Shown: positions 49,331 through 62,110 of the stretch, piece after piece
How the letters are laid out: every line of letters starts with the position of its first letter
How positions within the stretch are numbered: position 1 is the stretch's first letter
Assembly (NCBI RefSeq): GCF_006345805.1
Contig: NC_043010.1
Coordinates: forward strand, 46,872,001 to 46,936,000
Direction: 5' to 3'
Source of the DNA: Octopus sinensis
Taxonomy: Eukaryota
Length of the DNA: 64,000 nucleotides
Position numbers and translations under genes: made by a program
Notes under the pieces: model-generated
Told to the model about the DNA's origin: nothing
Database searches by the model: none
What the model saw: only the letters and a program-made list of their open reading frames with translations

Positions 49331-51760
49331 AATACTCATTTCACCATATTTGCATGGGTGGGTGAGTCCTTTCCAAGACTGCATGTCACTCATCATTGGG
49401 GTCCTTTGTTATCTCTTTGGGGCTTAACATCCTGAAATCAGGTTTAACTGCTTCATTTCATGTCTTCTTAGGTTTCCTTCTTCTACAAGTTCCATCTATT
49501 TTTAAAACATGGCACTTCTTTGTTCAACTGTCATCCCACATACATAACACATAGCTATACCAGCACGATCTTCTCTCTTTTACACTACATTTGATACCTC
49601 TTATATCCAGGTTTTCTTTCAAATCATTTGCAGTCGATTTATATTAACATTATGCATCCGGCAAAGCATGCTTGCTGCTTTTCTTTCTAGCCTTTGCAAA
49701 CCCTCTGCATCAGGCCTTGCACCATATTTTGATGTAGTATCACATTTGTTCACAAACATCATACAATCTATCCTCTCCAAGAGAGAAACATTTGTTACCA
49801 GTAGAGTTAATAGCTCCCTGAAATTTTGTCCAACTCATTCTACTGTAACTTTTTATGCTTACCAAGCATACCTACCACCTACACTGCTAAATTGGGTCAC
49901 CTTGGTAACAGAAGCTATCAGCTACTTCTGAGGGACTATCAGAACATTTGAAAGAATCTATTTTACATGTTCTTGATGCTTACTGCCACTACATGTCTAC
50001 TTTTTTCATTAGACTACTTGTAATTCCACTATACCTCTTGTACATCAACAGTTTACACTTAGCATATCTTATAGAATTTTCTATCACTCCCTTTCTGCTT
50101 ATAAAGTACAGCCTATTCTGGTGGTAGCAGAGTCCTGTTTTCTTTCCTACTTACTAATGCTTCAGTTTTTGTTAAATTTACTTGAAGAGCTCTCAACTCG
50201 ATGTTTTGCTTTCAAGTCTGGAATTTCTTCCCTAATTCTTCTACAGATTTAGTTATAAGAAGCAGGTCATCAGCAGGTAGGAGTTTTCTTAGACAACTGA
50301 TCTCAAACTCCTTTGTTATCACTTAGACTACTATGATAAATAGGGGACTGAGAACAGGCCTGATGGACCCTTACAAGCATACTAAATCATCACTGTATTC
50401 ATTGGTTAGTATCACCTCCCTGGCTGCTCTTCTGTACATAGTGGCTTGCACTCTCTTTCCAACTAGTTTCCCCAGCAACCGCCAGAGTGAGGAACCTTCA
50501 CAGAGGCCTTCTCCAGACCTATCAAATGCTGGATACACTGGCTTACTCCTAGCCAAGAATTTTTCTTACAATTGCCTCACTATGAAGAAGGTATCAGTAG
50601 TACCTCTTCCCAGCAGAAATCCCAACTTCATCTCATCTAATTCTCTTCTTAATCAGTTATGCTATAACTCAATAATTTTATGTTATGATGTGGGTATTAC
50701 ATGTCTGGTGTAAAATGGTATTACACAAATATATACTTGGTTGTGTTTATCTAAAAATAACTTATCGCAGAAATGTATGTTAACACAGAACTCATTCCGT
50801 ACTACTTGAATGTAGGTACGATACTCAGTATTCACTGTTCAGCTACTGACTGTTAAGCCAACATATGTCAAACTAACACGGTAAACCAATGCAGTTGGAC
50901 TAACACTGTCAATCTATGCTCTTGTCAGTTCACTCAGCTCTTATTTATTGTAATCAGTTAATCCAGCTTCAGTCATGTGGGGGTGTTCAGAATTCTTCCA
51001 TAACAGTCAACTTGATGCTTCTGTAATTTCCTCTCTCTGGTTCATTTCCTTTGGCTTTGTAGCCATTGATGATGATACAGCTATGCCAATCATGGCTGTG
51101 ACTGTAGTACCCATGGATTGGCATGCCTTTCTGATTTTCTATGCTTATAACTAGTGCATGTTCCAATTTGACAAACATTTCAATCATCTCAGCAACTGTA
51201 CCCTCATATCCTAAATTGTTCTATCAACTGTACTGCTGCAAGTCTACTTGGAGCAAGATCTCTTTCTCTCATGTACACTCCTCATTCAACAACCTTTTAT
51301 AATAGTATTTCTGTCACTTAATCAGTGCTCAGTACATATGTGCCTCTTTCACTCTGTACATACCTCTCTCTAATGACAATGATTTTTCCCCACACACTGT
51401 CTTGTAATCTAGAATACCTCATGCCTCTGGTCCTCTTTCTGCTTCTAGTATTCTTTGGTAGCTATTTGGTGTTGCTTTCTGTTTCCTTCATCCAGTCTTT
51501 CTAAACATGTCTCTTCTCTATTATAACTCTACCTCACTATTTCTCTACCATATCACTTTCAATTTGGTTGGGGGCTTTTCTTTGAGCACAGATTTGATCA
51601 GCAATCCTCAACAGATTATTTTATAGAAATTTCCAGCTTTGCTCCATTTTATAAATCTCTATCGCCACTGTTCTGTCATAAGCTACAAAACCTCTGGATT
51701 TACAACCAGCTGAAGGCACTTTTAACTTCCATGTCTTCTCTTTTGAAGTTGCTTTTTGCT
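49330..51760 (-). mobile_element. Old RTE LINE RT region, heavily degenerate, interrupted near 50700-50985
   Basis: Fragments resembling PNDWCSSIII..YKGKG, GNYRSIKL, AFDR..LWR.L.KL.V..QAMY, NEYS. Confidence 0.7.
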
Positions 51761-52964
51761 TCTACTAATAACTATTTATACAATGGGTGTTGATCTTTGT
51801 CAATTTTGTAAAGACATTCATTAGCAGGAAAGCAAAAACATCTGTACCACATTCACAGCCTATCTCATTCCAATACAGCATCACACTTTGTATTCAGGTC
51901 TCACACAATCTGCCTCTCTTACTCTCACCCTTTGATACTAGAGCTCACAAAGTGCATAACATAAGACAAATATATGAACATGCATGTTCCACATACATGT
52001 ATATGCATAAAATATATGGAGTTGTGCAATAACAATTCTTCCCCAAATTCTATAACTTTTTTACTTTTTAATTTTTTAGAAAAGTTCTTCTTATCTTTTA
52101 CTTGTTTCAGTCATTTGACTGGCCATGCTGGGGAAATGCCTTGAATTTTTAGTTCAGTTGACTCCAGTGCTTTTTGTTTAAGCTTGGTACTTATTCTATT
52201 AGTCACTTTTAACAAACCACTAATTTACAGGTATGTAAACTCACCAACACTGGTTGTCAAGCAGTGAGTGGGGGACAGATACACACACACATACATATAT
52301 ATGACAGGCTTCTTTCAGTTTCTGTCTACCAAATTCATTCACATGACTTTGGTTGGCCTCAAGCTATAGTAGAAGATATTCGCCCAAGGTACCATGCAGT
52401 GGGACTGAACCTGAAACTATGTGGTTAGGAAGCAAGTTTTTTACCATGCAGCCACACCTACACACACACAATGGGCTTCTTTCAGTTTCCATCTACCAGA
52501 TCCATTTACAAGGCTTTGGTTGTCCTGAGGCTATAGTAGAAGACTTTTGCCCAAGGTTCCATGCAGCGGGTTTGAACCCAGAACCATACAATTGGGAAGT
52601 AAACTTGTTGCCACTCAGTCATGCCTGTAACTTTAGAAAAGTTCTTTGGCTTTCCATATTTTAAACACTGGAGATTATAATGATTCTGCAAAAAACAACA
52701 AAAGAACAAAAACACAAATTCTATTTTTTTACAATCACTTAATTTAACTCTAATGCTAACCCTATTCTCAGTTTAATGATTAATACTAAAAACTTGAGCT
52801 ATTTCTCAGTTGGATTTTTAAAATTGATACTGGCTACAATTACATGTAAACTCTTCTACAATTTTTTTTCTCTGGCTTTAATTGTTGTGTTTTATCACAT
52901 TAAAATGACAATCCAGTACCTCAAATTCAATTCTATATTTCTGAAATGAGGAATTTATATATAA

Positions 52965-53359
52965 CTAGCAGTATCGCCCGGCGTTGCTCGGGTTTGTAAG
53001 GGAAATAACTATATAAGCATTTTTAGAGAGTTATAGTCAAAAAATAGCAAAAAAATGCATTAAAAATGGGAAAAAAATTATGGTAAATTTCTTTTTAAAT
53101 CGTTGATACATCGTAGACATTTTTAGAGAGTTACTTCCCTATATAATAGCGAAAAAATGCATAAAATGGAAAAAATGGTGGTAAATTTTTTTTTAAATCA
53201 TAGACGCATCGTAGTCGTGCGCTAATACCCAGAAGGGCTCGATATGAATCACGACTATAAGATACCCGGTTTTGGTTAAACTGCACCGCAAAATGTGGGA
53301 GTAGTTAGGAATCTAAATCGTAGGAGACAGACACACAACCTTACTTTTATATATAAAGA
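52965..53359 (-). mobile_element. Non-autonomous Helitron
   Basis: On minus: A^TC 5' end, CCCGAGCAACGCCGGG hairpin, CTAG^T 3' end; inserted in an AT target without TSD. Confidence 0.75.
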
Positions 53360-54432
53360 TGTATACTGTTTATAAAGACTGACCTGCAAGAACCCTCTGC
53401 TGGCGCCACATAAAAAGCACCCATGCCAGCTCCACGTGGTAGTATTTGTGGTGGTGCCACATAAGAGCACTTGTGCTAATGCTATGTTAAAGGTATTCAT
53501 GCTGGCACTACGTAATACCACCTGTGCCAGTGTCATGTGAGAGCATGCATGCCAGTGTCACATAAAAGCACCTGGTACACTCTGTAAAGTGGTTGGCATT
53601 AGGGAGGGCATCGAGCTGTAGAAACCAAGCCAAGAATCAGGGGTAGGGGGAATAATTTTTTTACAGCTTTATGTTTACAATAATTCTAAATTTATTTAAC
53701 CTTTTAGCATTCACATTACCCTGTCAAATGTAATGTTTCTTTATCCCCATTGTTATGACTAAATCTCATAACTTCAAAAATTTTGATGACATGAGTGTTT
53801 ATTTTGTGAGAGCCTGGATCGGGTCAGTTTGAACATATAACTAGCAAAATATTTGGGCCAGATATAGTCAGCTTAGATGTTAATGGGTTAATGCTTCACA
53901 TTTTCTTCTATATCTGTATCTAGAAACATTTTTGCATTGTTGCGCTTCATGAGTATGGACTAACATATGATTGTTAGAATTATTATAATAGCTGTTTGTG
54001 TTACTATTTTATCACTATTATATTCATTACTAATATTGTTATTATCATGCTGTTATTGTTGTCATCATTATTATTAATCTTGTCATCATCATTATTGTTG
54101 TTGTTAGTATCATTAAAATTATTGATACCTACTCTTTCTCTTAACATTAATGATAGAAATAACCAGATTCTACATGCACTGACCCTAAAACCCGAAACAA
54201 TACCTCATCTCTGTGCTTATAATCATTAATACTCAAACTTCCTCCAACTACTAAACATTGACCCAAATGGCATTCCCCAACTCCTTATCTTTCCTGCTCT
54301 CAACCCCCCTCTATCCCTTCCTTCAACAGGGAAGCAGTAACAGATGCCAATATGTTATATTCACTACCCACTGCTAGTGAGAACAACTCATTGAAGCTCC
54401 TACACGAAGTGACCACCCCTTTTCCCCTTAAC

Positions 54433-54926
54433 AGTAGTTCTCAACCATTTTTTAGCTATGGACCCCTTTAATTCCTATCTATTTCATTGGGGTGGACTCT
54501 AAAATACCCTATTATTATATTTGCTGATTAAATATTATTAGAGATTGTATAAAAGAAATTAAAATATTTTCTGTATTGTAGAAATATAACCAGTTTCTTT
54601 ATTTCTTTATTGCCCACAAAGGGCTAAACATAGAGGGGACAAACAAGGACAGACAAAGGGATTAAGTCGATTACATCGACCCCCAGTGCGTAACTGATAC
54701 TTAATTTATCGACTCCAAAAGGATGAAAGGCAAAGTTGACCTCGGCGGAATTTGAACTCAGAACGTAGCAGCAGACGAAAAACCGCTAAGCATTTTGCCC
54801 GGTTTGCAAACGTTTCTGCCAGCTCACCGCCTTATTTAATATAACCAGTTTATTGTACATAATTTTTAATTAAAAAATCTTACATGGACCTCCAAGGGTC
54901 ATATGGACTTCACTTGAGAACCACTA
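54433..54926. mobile_element. hAT (Charlie-like) MITE interrupted by a SINE (54597-54837)
   Basis: AGTAGTTCTCAA…TTGAGAACCACTA termini; flanking 8-bp CCCTTAAC repeat; SINE flanked by 14-bp AATATAACCAGTTT duplication. Confidence 0.8.
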
Positions 54927-55803
54927 CCCTTAACCTATCATCTGGTTATCCACTAGATTGTTCTGGTTCACTTTGCCTTTGAAAAAATACAAGTATGTAT
55001 TAAAACAATTGTATGATTAAAAGGCATCGCCTTGTTAATATGTATAATTATACATACAGGCTTTAAAAAAAAAAGTATTGGAGTTGATTTGTTTGACTAA
55101 AATATAGGTGCAGGAGTGACTGTGTGGTAAGTAGCTTGCTTACCAACTACATGGCTCCAGGTTCAGTCCTATTGTGTGGCACCTTGGGCAAGTGTTTTCT
55201 ACTATAGCCTTGGGCTGACCAAAGCCTTGTGAGTGGATTTGGTAGATGGAAACTGAAAGAAGCCCGTCATATATATGTGTGTCTGTGTTTGTCCCCTCAA
55301 CATTGCTTGACAACCGATGCTGGTGTGTTTGCATCCCTGTAACTTAGTGGTTCGGCAAAAAGAGATTGATAGAATAAATACTAGGCTTACAAATAATAAG
55401 TCCTGGGGGTTGATTTGCTCAACTAGGGGCAGTGCTCCAGCATGGCCACAGTCAAATGAGTGAAACAAATAAAAGAATACATGCAATGGATTTAGAAGCG
55501 CTTGCAAAAACACTGAGTAGCAACTGAAGTTTCTGTATGAAGCAAAGCATCTCTGATGTTTATTTCACCTGTGTATTTTTACTTTTTATTTTTTTTTCAG
55601 TTGTTAAACTACTTTGAAGAATTTTAGTCAAACAAATCAACCCAAATACTTTTTTTTAAAGCCTGATACTTATTCTATTCTATTGGCCTCTTTTGCCAAA
55701 CTGCTAAGTTATAGGGATGTAAACACACAAACACAGGTTGTCAAGTGGTGGTTTGGTTCAAACTTAGACATAAAGAAACACACTCATATGTACATACATA
55801 TAT

Positions 55804-55836
<33 letters not shown>

Positions 55837-56344
55837 AAAATTAAAATAAACAGCCAGGTGCAATATGATACCATAAAGGGAAAAATTCAATTGCAAATTG
55901 ATGGCTCATTGTAATTAAATTATGGGTTGAGTGCACCAAGCGGTGATAAGTAAAAAGCAATGCTTATAGCAATTTGAATATGCTAAGAGCACGTTCAGAC
56001 TTGCAAACAAGTCATTCACAAGGTTTTGTTAAGGGAAAAAATTTCTTGCTGTAGATATATGGTGTAAAATATTAAGATGACTAAGGATGCCAGAGCACCT
56101 ACATTGCTAGAAATAAGAGTTAAAACACTCTTAATGCTGTTGGAAGAGTGCAGACAGGGAAGGCAACCACATGCTGACTGGAGAGGCAACCACCCCATGA
56201 CTGGCTCAAGGATCCCCAGACTAGATCTAGTTTCACCTAGATTGTCAGTGAGGACTGCTCAAATGGTGCATGATCAGCTAATTTCTCTGCCAGCATATAT
56301 GTATTTACCATAAAATTTATGGATGATTTAGCGAAATGCTAATG

Positions 56345-56730
56345 TCATCATCATCATCATCATCGTTTAACGTCCGCTTTCCATGCTAGCATGGGTTGGA
56401 CGGTTCAACTGGGGTCTGGGAAGCCAGAAGGTTGCACCATGCCCAGTCTGATCTGGCAGTGTTTCTACAGCTGGATGCCCTTCCTAACGCCAACCACTCT
56501 GTGAGTGTAGTGGGTGCTTTTTACGTGCCACCGGCACTGGTATCACAGCTACAAATTCCACTGATGTTGATAGATTACGATTTTGATTTTCACTTGCCTC
56601 AACAGGTCTTCACAAGTGGAGTTTTGTGTCCCAAGAAGGAGAGGAATGCATAAGTGGGCTGGCTACATCCCAGGTAGAGGCCATGGGATTATGGCCTCAC
56701 TTGTCCTGCCGGGTCTTCTCATGCACAGCA
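56345..56730 (-). mobile_element. RTE-LINE 3' UTR
   Basis: (CAT)n tail plus family core plus the upstream UTR seen at 33040-33330. Confidence 0.8.
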
Positions 56731-57527
56731 TATACTAAAAATTAATATAAACAACCAGATATATATATATACACACACACATGATGGGCTTCTTTCAGTT
56801 TCCACCTACCACAACTACTCCCAAGGTTTTGGTTGGATCAACGCTGTAGTAAATGGTGTCACACAGTGGGACTGAAACCTGAACCATGTGAGTGGAAAGC
56901 AAACTTCTTACCACACAGCCACGAGCCAAAAGAAATAATTCAAGGTAGCCAATAGCATGTATTTGAGCAACAAAGATGAATAAGGGTAAATGAAATATCA
57001 TATAAGATAAATTCTTGATTTATTGAAACTATCTCTGCTTCCAGTGAAGGTAGAACAATTAATTGCTTGGTGGTAATTGAAACCAACTCTAAAACAAGAA
57101 GAAGTCATCTCAGGAGTCAAGAATCTCTGAAAGTTGATATGCTAAGGAAAAGACAACTGTTGACATGTTTCTACCTCAACAGCTGTCATCAGCATAGCAG
57201 TTGCCAAGATGTGTGTGTGTGTGTGTGCCTGTAGCCCCATTTTAATGTTTGGTTCTTAAACTGATATGTGCATTAAGATATATTTGAGTTGTATGTGGTG
57301 AAAATCCCTTTGTATAGAAATAGTATCTAGAAAATGACTTGGGTTGTGTATTCTGATTCATATATTTTGGCAATATCCCATATATATTTTAATAACATTG
57401 TTATTAATAACTAATTGGCACAACACATAAATTCAGACAATTGAGTATTTTATGAGTACATTATATGTAGAGTAGAAGCTGATGCTTGTACTGTACCTGT
57501 TAGCAAGATTACAATGATTAACAGAAG

Positions 57528-57559
<32 letters not shown>

Positions 57560-57686
57560 ATGTGGCCCAATTTTGGACCATTGTAGCAAACTTATATTGT
57601 ACAAATATGTTCGCTATTTGCTGTGTGCCCTCCAGGTAGTTCTGATTTAAATTGCACATAAGAAATTAACTGTACTGGTTCTGAAG

Positions 57687-57826
57687 CAGTGTTTCTCAAC
57701 CTTTTTACCCTTGCATAACCTTAAAATGAATTACATGTCTCAAGGAACCCCTGCACAAAAAAATTATATACTATATCTTTCTCATATATTTTCCATCATA
57801 GTTCATGTGGTAAATATCATCTATAT

Positions 57827-57871
<45 letters not shown>

Positions 57872-58047
57872 GGTTGTTATATTTTTTTATAACATAATAG
57901 GTTAGATAGGATGATGTCTATATTACAATAACCAATAATATGTTGTGCATGTTTAGTAATATTACGATCATGAAATTAGCATTAGCTTATCTCACTCTTT
58001 CTAGCGGAACCCTAGGATTCCGGGGGAACCCTGATTGAGAAACACTG
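57687..58047. mobile_element. hAT (Charlie/Buster-like) MITE
   Basis: CAGTGTTTCTCAA / TTGAGAAACACTG TIRs; 8-bp flanks TTCTGAAG / GTCTAAAG. Confidence 0.8.
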
Positions 58048-58685
58048 GTCTAAAGTATTGGATTCGATGTTGGAGTTATGTATGTGTTAGGTGCTAGTGG
58101 AGTCAGAGTTGTTTTGGTGTATATTTCAATAGTAATTCAGGATGAAATTCAAAGTCGACCTCGGCAGAATTTGAACTCAGAACGTTAAGGTAGATAAAAT
58201 GCTGCTAAGCATTTTGCCTGGCACATTAATGATTCTGCCAGCTCTCTGCCTTAACACTTTGGTTTCTATATTTCTGTTGAGATGCTCTGTGTTTCTTTCA
58301 ATCAATTTTAAATATAACAAAGAATTTAGTAAAATCACTTAGTTATCATTAAGCTAGTGTTAGGAACATAAATTGTGATTAAGGTTTGGTGGAAGATTTT
58401 AATTCAGAACTTTTGAAACCAAGACATTTGCACTACAGAGCCAGAGACGGTTTCAGCCGGGTTGGTTTCAAAAGGGTTAATCTTTTAGCTTTTAAACCAG
58501 CTATATCTGACCAAAATAAAGTCATTGAAATTTGGAAGCTACAATATAACCCATAAGTAATTAAAAACAAAGTGAATAAATAAGCGTCACATGTGACAGA
58601 GTAATCTGAATGCTAAAGAGTTAACTCATATTAACCATAGGAAGTATATGCAGTGAACTATATTGAATAAAATTTGTGTATTGTG

Positions 58686-59421
58686 ATCATCATCATCATC
58701 ATCATTTAGCATCTGTTCTCCATGCTAGCATGGGTTGGACGGTTCAACTGGGGTCTGTGAAGCTGGAAGGCTTCATCGGGCCCAGTCAGATCTGGCAGTG
58801 TTTCTATGGCTGGATGCCCTTCCTAACGCCAACCACTCCGTGAGTGTAGTGGGTGCTTTTTACGTGCCACCTGCACAGGTGCCAGACAGAGCTGGCAAAC
58901 GGCCACGAACGGATGGTGCTTTTACGTGTCACCGGCACAGGGCCAGGCGAGGCTGGCAACGGACACGAACGGATGGTGCTTTTACGTGCCACCAACACGG
59001 GGGCCAGACAGAGCTGGCAAACGGCCACGAAACGGATGGTGCTTTTACGTGTCACCGGCATGGGGGCCAGGCGAGGCTGGCAACGGGCACGAACGGATGG
59101 TGCTTTTACATGCCACCAACACGGGGGCCAGACAGGGCTGGCAAACAGCCACGAACGGATGGTGCTTTTACGTGTCACCGGCACGGGGGCCAGGCGAGGC
59201 TGGCAACGGACACGAACGGATGGTGCTTTTACATGTCACCGACATGGGGGCCAGACAGGGCTGGCAAACGGACACGAACGGATGGTGCTTTTACATGTCA
59301 CCGACATGGGGGCCAGACAGGGCTGGCAAACGGCCACGAACGGATGGTGCTTTTACGTGTCACCGGCACGGGGGCCAGACAGAGCTGGCAAACGGCCACA
59401 AATGGATGGTGCTTTTACGTG
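58686..59421 (-). mobile_element. RTE-LINE 3' UTR with an expanded array of about nine 60-63-bp units
   Basis: Units begin TTTAC(A/G)TG(C/T)CACC and end ACGGATGGTGCT; array at ~58855-59421. Confidence 0.9.
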
Positions 59422-59904
59422 ATGTATATAGATTTCATTGTAATATCTTTAAATGTATTAAAGTATGTCGTAATGTATTAAATGTATGTCATAATGATAT
59501 TTTTATTATATTTGTATGGAATGCATGCTACACTGGTTATTGATACTATATGCTACTTTTGGTAAATGAGCTTTGATCATAACCTAGCTTGGCTATGTAT
59601 AATGTTTTTTTTAACAAATATATGGAAATGTATGGTATGTTGATGCATTTAGCAAATATCTGTTTTAGCTTGTTTCTTTTAAAAAATGTTTACAGTATGT
59701 GAGTGTGTATATTCATTATTAAGATTGAAACAAAATGTTGTGTATCTACAATTTCTAACTCTGCTGTGGTTTTTATTTTTTAGTTTACTTCCATTTGGTT
59801 TTCATTTTAGTTCTAATACAGTTCTTATACCATTTCGTTGTATAGAAGATATTTTCAAACAAAGTTTGTGTGAAAATATACCATGTACATACATATGCAC
59901 ATGC

Positions 59905-59937
<33 letters not shown>

Positions 59938-60039
59938 TTTCCTGGCTGGTTTACCTTTTCTAGGCTTACCCATTTGCTGAGCTGTTATAGTTTTTTCAGG
60001 CTTTGTGCCTTTCTTCTTCTTGTCGTCCTCGTCGTCATC

Positions 60040-60335
60040 ATTGAGTGAGAGAGCAGTGCATGCCATCAAAGTGACATACTCATCATGACTACCCATCTGA
60101 TAAGGGTACACTAGGCACATGCATCACAACCATATGTGCACGACATGGTGATCTCATATCAAGATAAACAGCACATGACCTTGCAGGTGGAGCCCAGTTA
60201 GAATTTTCTTCTGGTCGAGTAACCCATCCCGCTCAAAAGTTCCCTGAATAAGGGTTGTTTAAGGATGTTGAACGAATCACCCATGTTTCCAGAAACCCCA
60301 AAGAATCCCTATCAACACATGGCTATGATGGTCAA
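60040..60335 (-). mobile_element. Interspersed retroposon-like repeat, family not assigned
   Basis: GC-richer block ending on minus in CTCTCTCACTCAATGATGACGACG simple-repeat tail. Confidence 0.4.
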
Positions 60336-61164
60336 ACAACTGACATGCAAATCTGTGGTATTGAGCAGAATATTTTCTGTAGCCCATCTTTTATACCAAG
60401 ACAAAACAATGTACATGATAACACTTCCAATCAGTTAAGATCAGAAGCCATGAGAGCCTCTGCCTGGTACTGCATCAGAGCGTTATTATTATTGTTGTTG
60501 TTGTTAGGTAGTGAGCTGGCAGAATCGTTAGCTTGCTGAGCAAAAGGCTTAGTGGTATTTCATCTTCCACTATGTTCTGAGTTCAAATTCTGCCGAGGTC
60601 GACTTTGTCTTTCATCCTTTTGGAGTCAATAAATTAAGTACCAGTTGAGCACTGGGGTCGATGTAATCAACTTGCCCCTTCCCCCCAAATTTCAGGCCTT
60701 GTGCTTATAGTGCAAAGGATTATCATTATTATTTTTATTATTAAGGCAGTGAGCTGGCAGATGCTTAGTGGTATTTCGCCCATCGCAACATTCTGAGTTC
60801 AAATTCTACCAAGGTCGACTTTGCCTTTCATCGTTTGGGGTCGATAAATTAAGTACTAGAGAAACACTGGGGTCGATATAATCGACTCGTGCCCTCCCCC
60901 AAAATTTCAGGCCTTGTACTTATAGTAGAAAGAATTATTATTATTATTATTATTATCATTATTATTATTATTATGGTGGCAGAATTGTTAGCTTGCTGGA
61001 TGAAATGCTTAGCAGTATTTCGCCTATCACTACGTTCTGAGTTTAAGTTCTGCCAAGGTCAACTTTGCCTTTCATCCTTCTGGGGTTGATAAAATAAGTA
61101 CCAGATGAACACTAGGGTCAGTGTAATTGACTCATCAGCTCCCCCAAAATTGCTGCCCTTGTGG

Positions 61165-62110
61165 GTTTGTGTTTGGGCTCCTGAAGATGCAGGTCAGTAC
61201 TATCAGACGGTGTCATCAGATGTTGGACCAATGGACCAGTTAAACTACTCAGGGTCTGGTTTGGTCCCAACCTCCATGAAGATAAGAACTGGAATGAGAT
61301 GATGAACAGGGTGGCCAGTCTTACCCAGAAATGGGCTGAGAGTAAGCTGTCCCTAAAAAGTCATGCAAAGGTGGCGAATGCCTACATCATCTTCATTATC
61401 ATTTATTGTCTGAGCATCGTGCTTTGTTCCGGTCACTACTTGACCAGGTTGGAGCATCTCTTATTTAAATTCATGTGGAAGGGACGCGTTCCAATGGCCA
61501 AGTGGTCAGTCTATTGCCAGCACCCTCAGAGAAACAGATTAGGTTTGTTGTGGCTTCTAATGTGCAGACACGCTTTTAAATTCCACCAACTGCAATGATT
61601 TCTGGGTGGCGAGCATGTGTGAGCTCCGTTTGTGAGGCACGTATTTCTGTAGCTCGTCTCTTTGACAGAGCTCCAGTCGTGGGTGAAGAAAGGACTTAGA
61701 CTGGGTGCCTGGCACATAAAAAGTTGTCAGGCGTTCACAGCCTCCTACCAGTCGGTCAATGGGATCAATGGATGTTCCGCTTTAGAAATTCATAGAGGAT
61801 TAGTGGAGGAGAAATGCAACGACGTTCTCGGGGGAGACTCAAGACATCAACGAAATCAAACTGGCCAGTCTGTTCCGGGGGGGGGGGACTTTCTGGTCGG
61901 GAACTATCGTGGATAATTTCCAGCAATGCAACCAGGGTGGGGATTACTGGTTCAAGATAAACTTTACAGGCATGGCTGTCCTGTCAGACGGGCTTGTCTG
62001 AGATGCGTGCTGAGTGAAGAAACCATTCTGCACGCACTCATTCAGTGTCTGGGCATTACTGGCTTGTGGGGTTATGTCGAACAGCTGCTGTCATATATCC
62101 ATAGTGACGA
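61165..62110 (+). mobile_element. Tx1/L1-clade LINE relic (RT C-terminus plus Cys/His knuckle)
   Basis: KLSLKSHAKVANAYI…LEHLLFKFMWKGRVP…CQHP; C-terminal RACLRCVLSEETILHALIQC. Confidence 0.8.

Noticed and set aside
58735-59543. Four long overlapping ORFs (126-248 aa) and a CRISPR-like periodicity
   Set aside because: They arise from a stop-poor ~61-bp tandem array in a LINE UTR. The spacers are copies of each other, there are no cas genes, and the context is eukaryotic.
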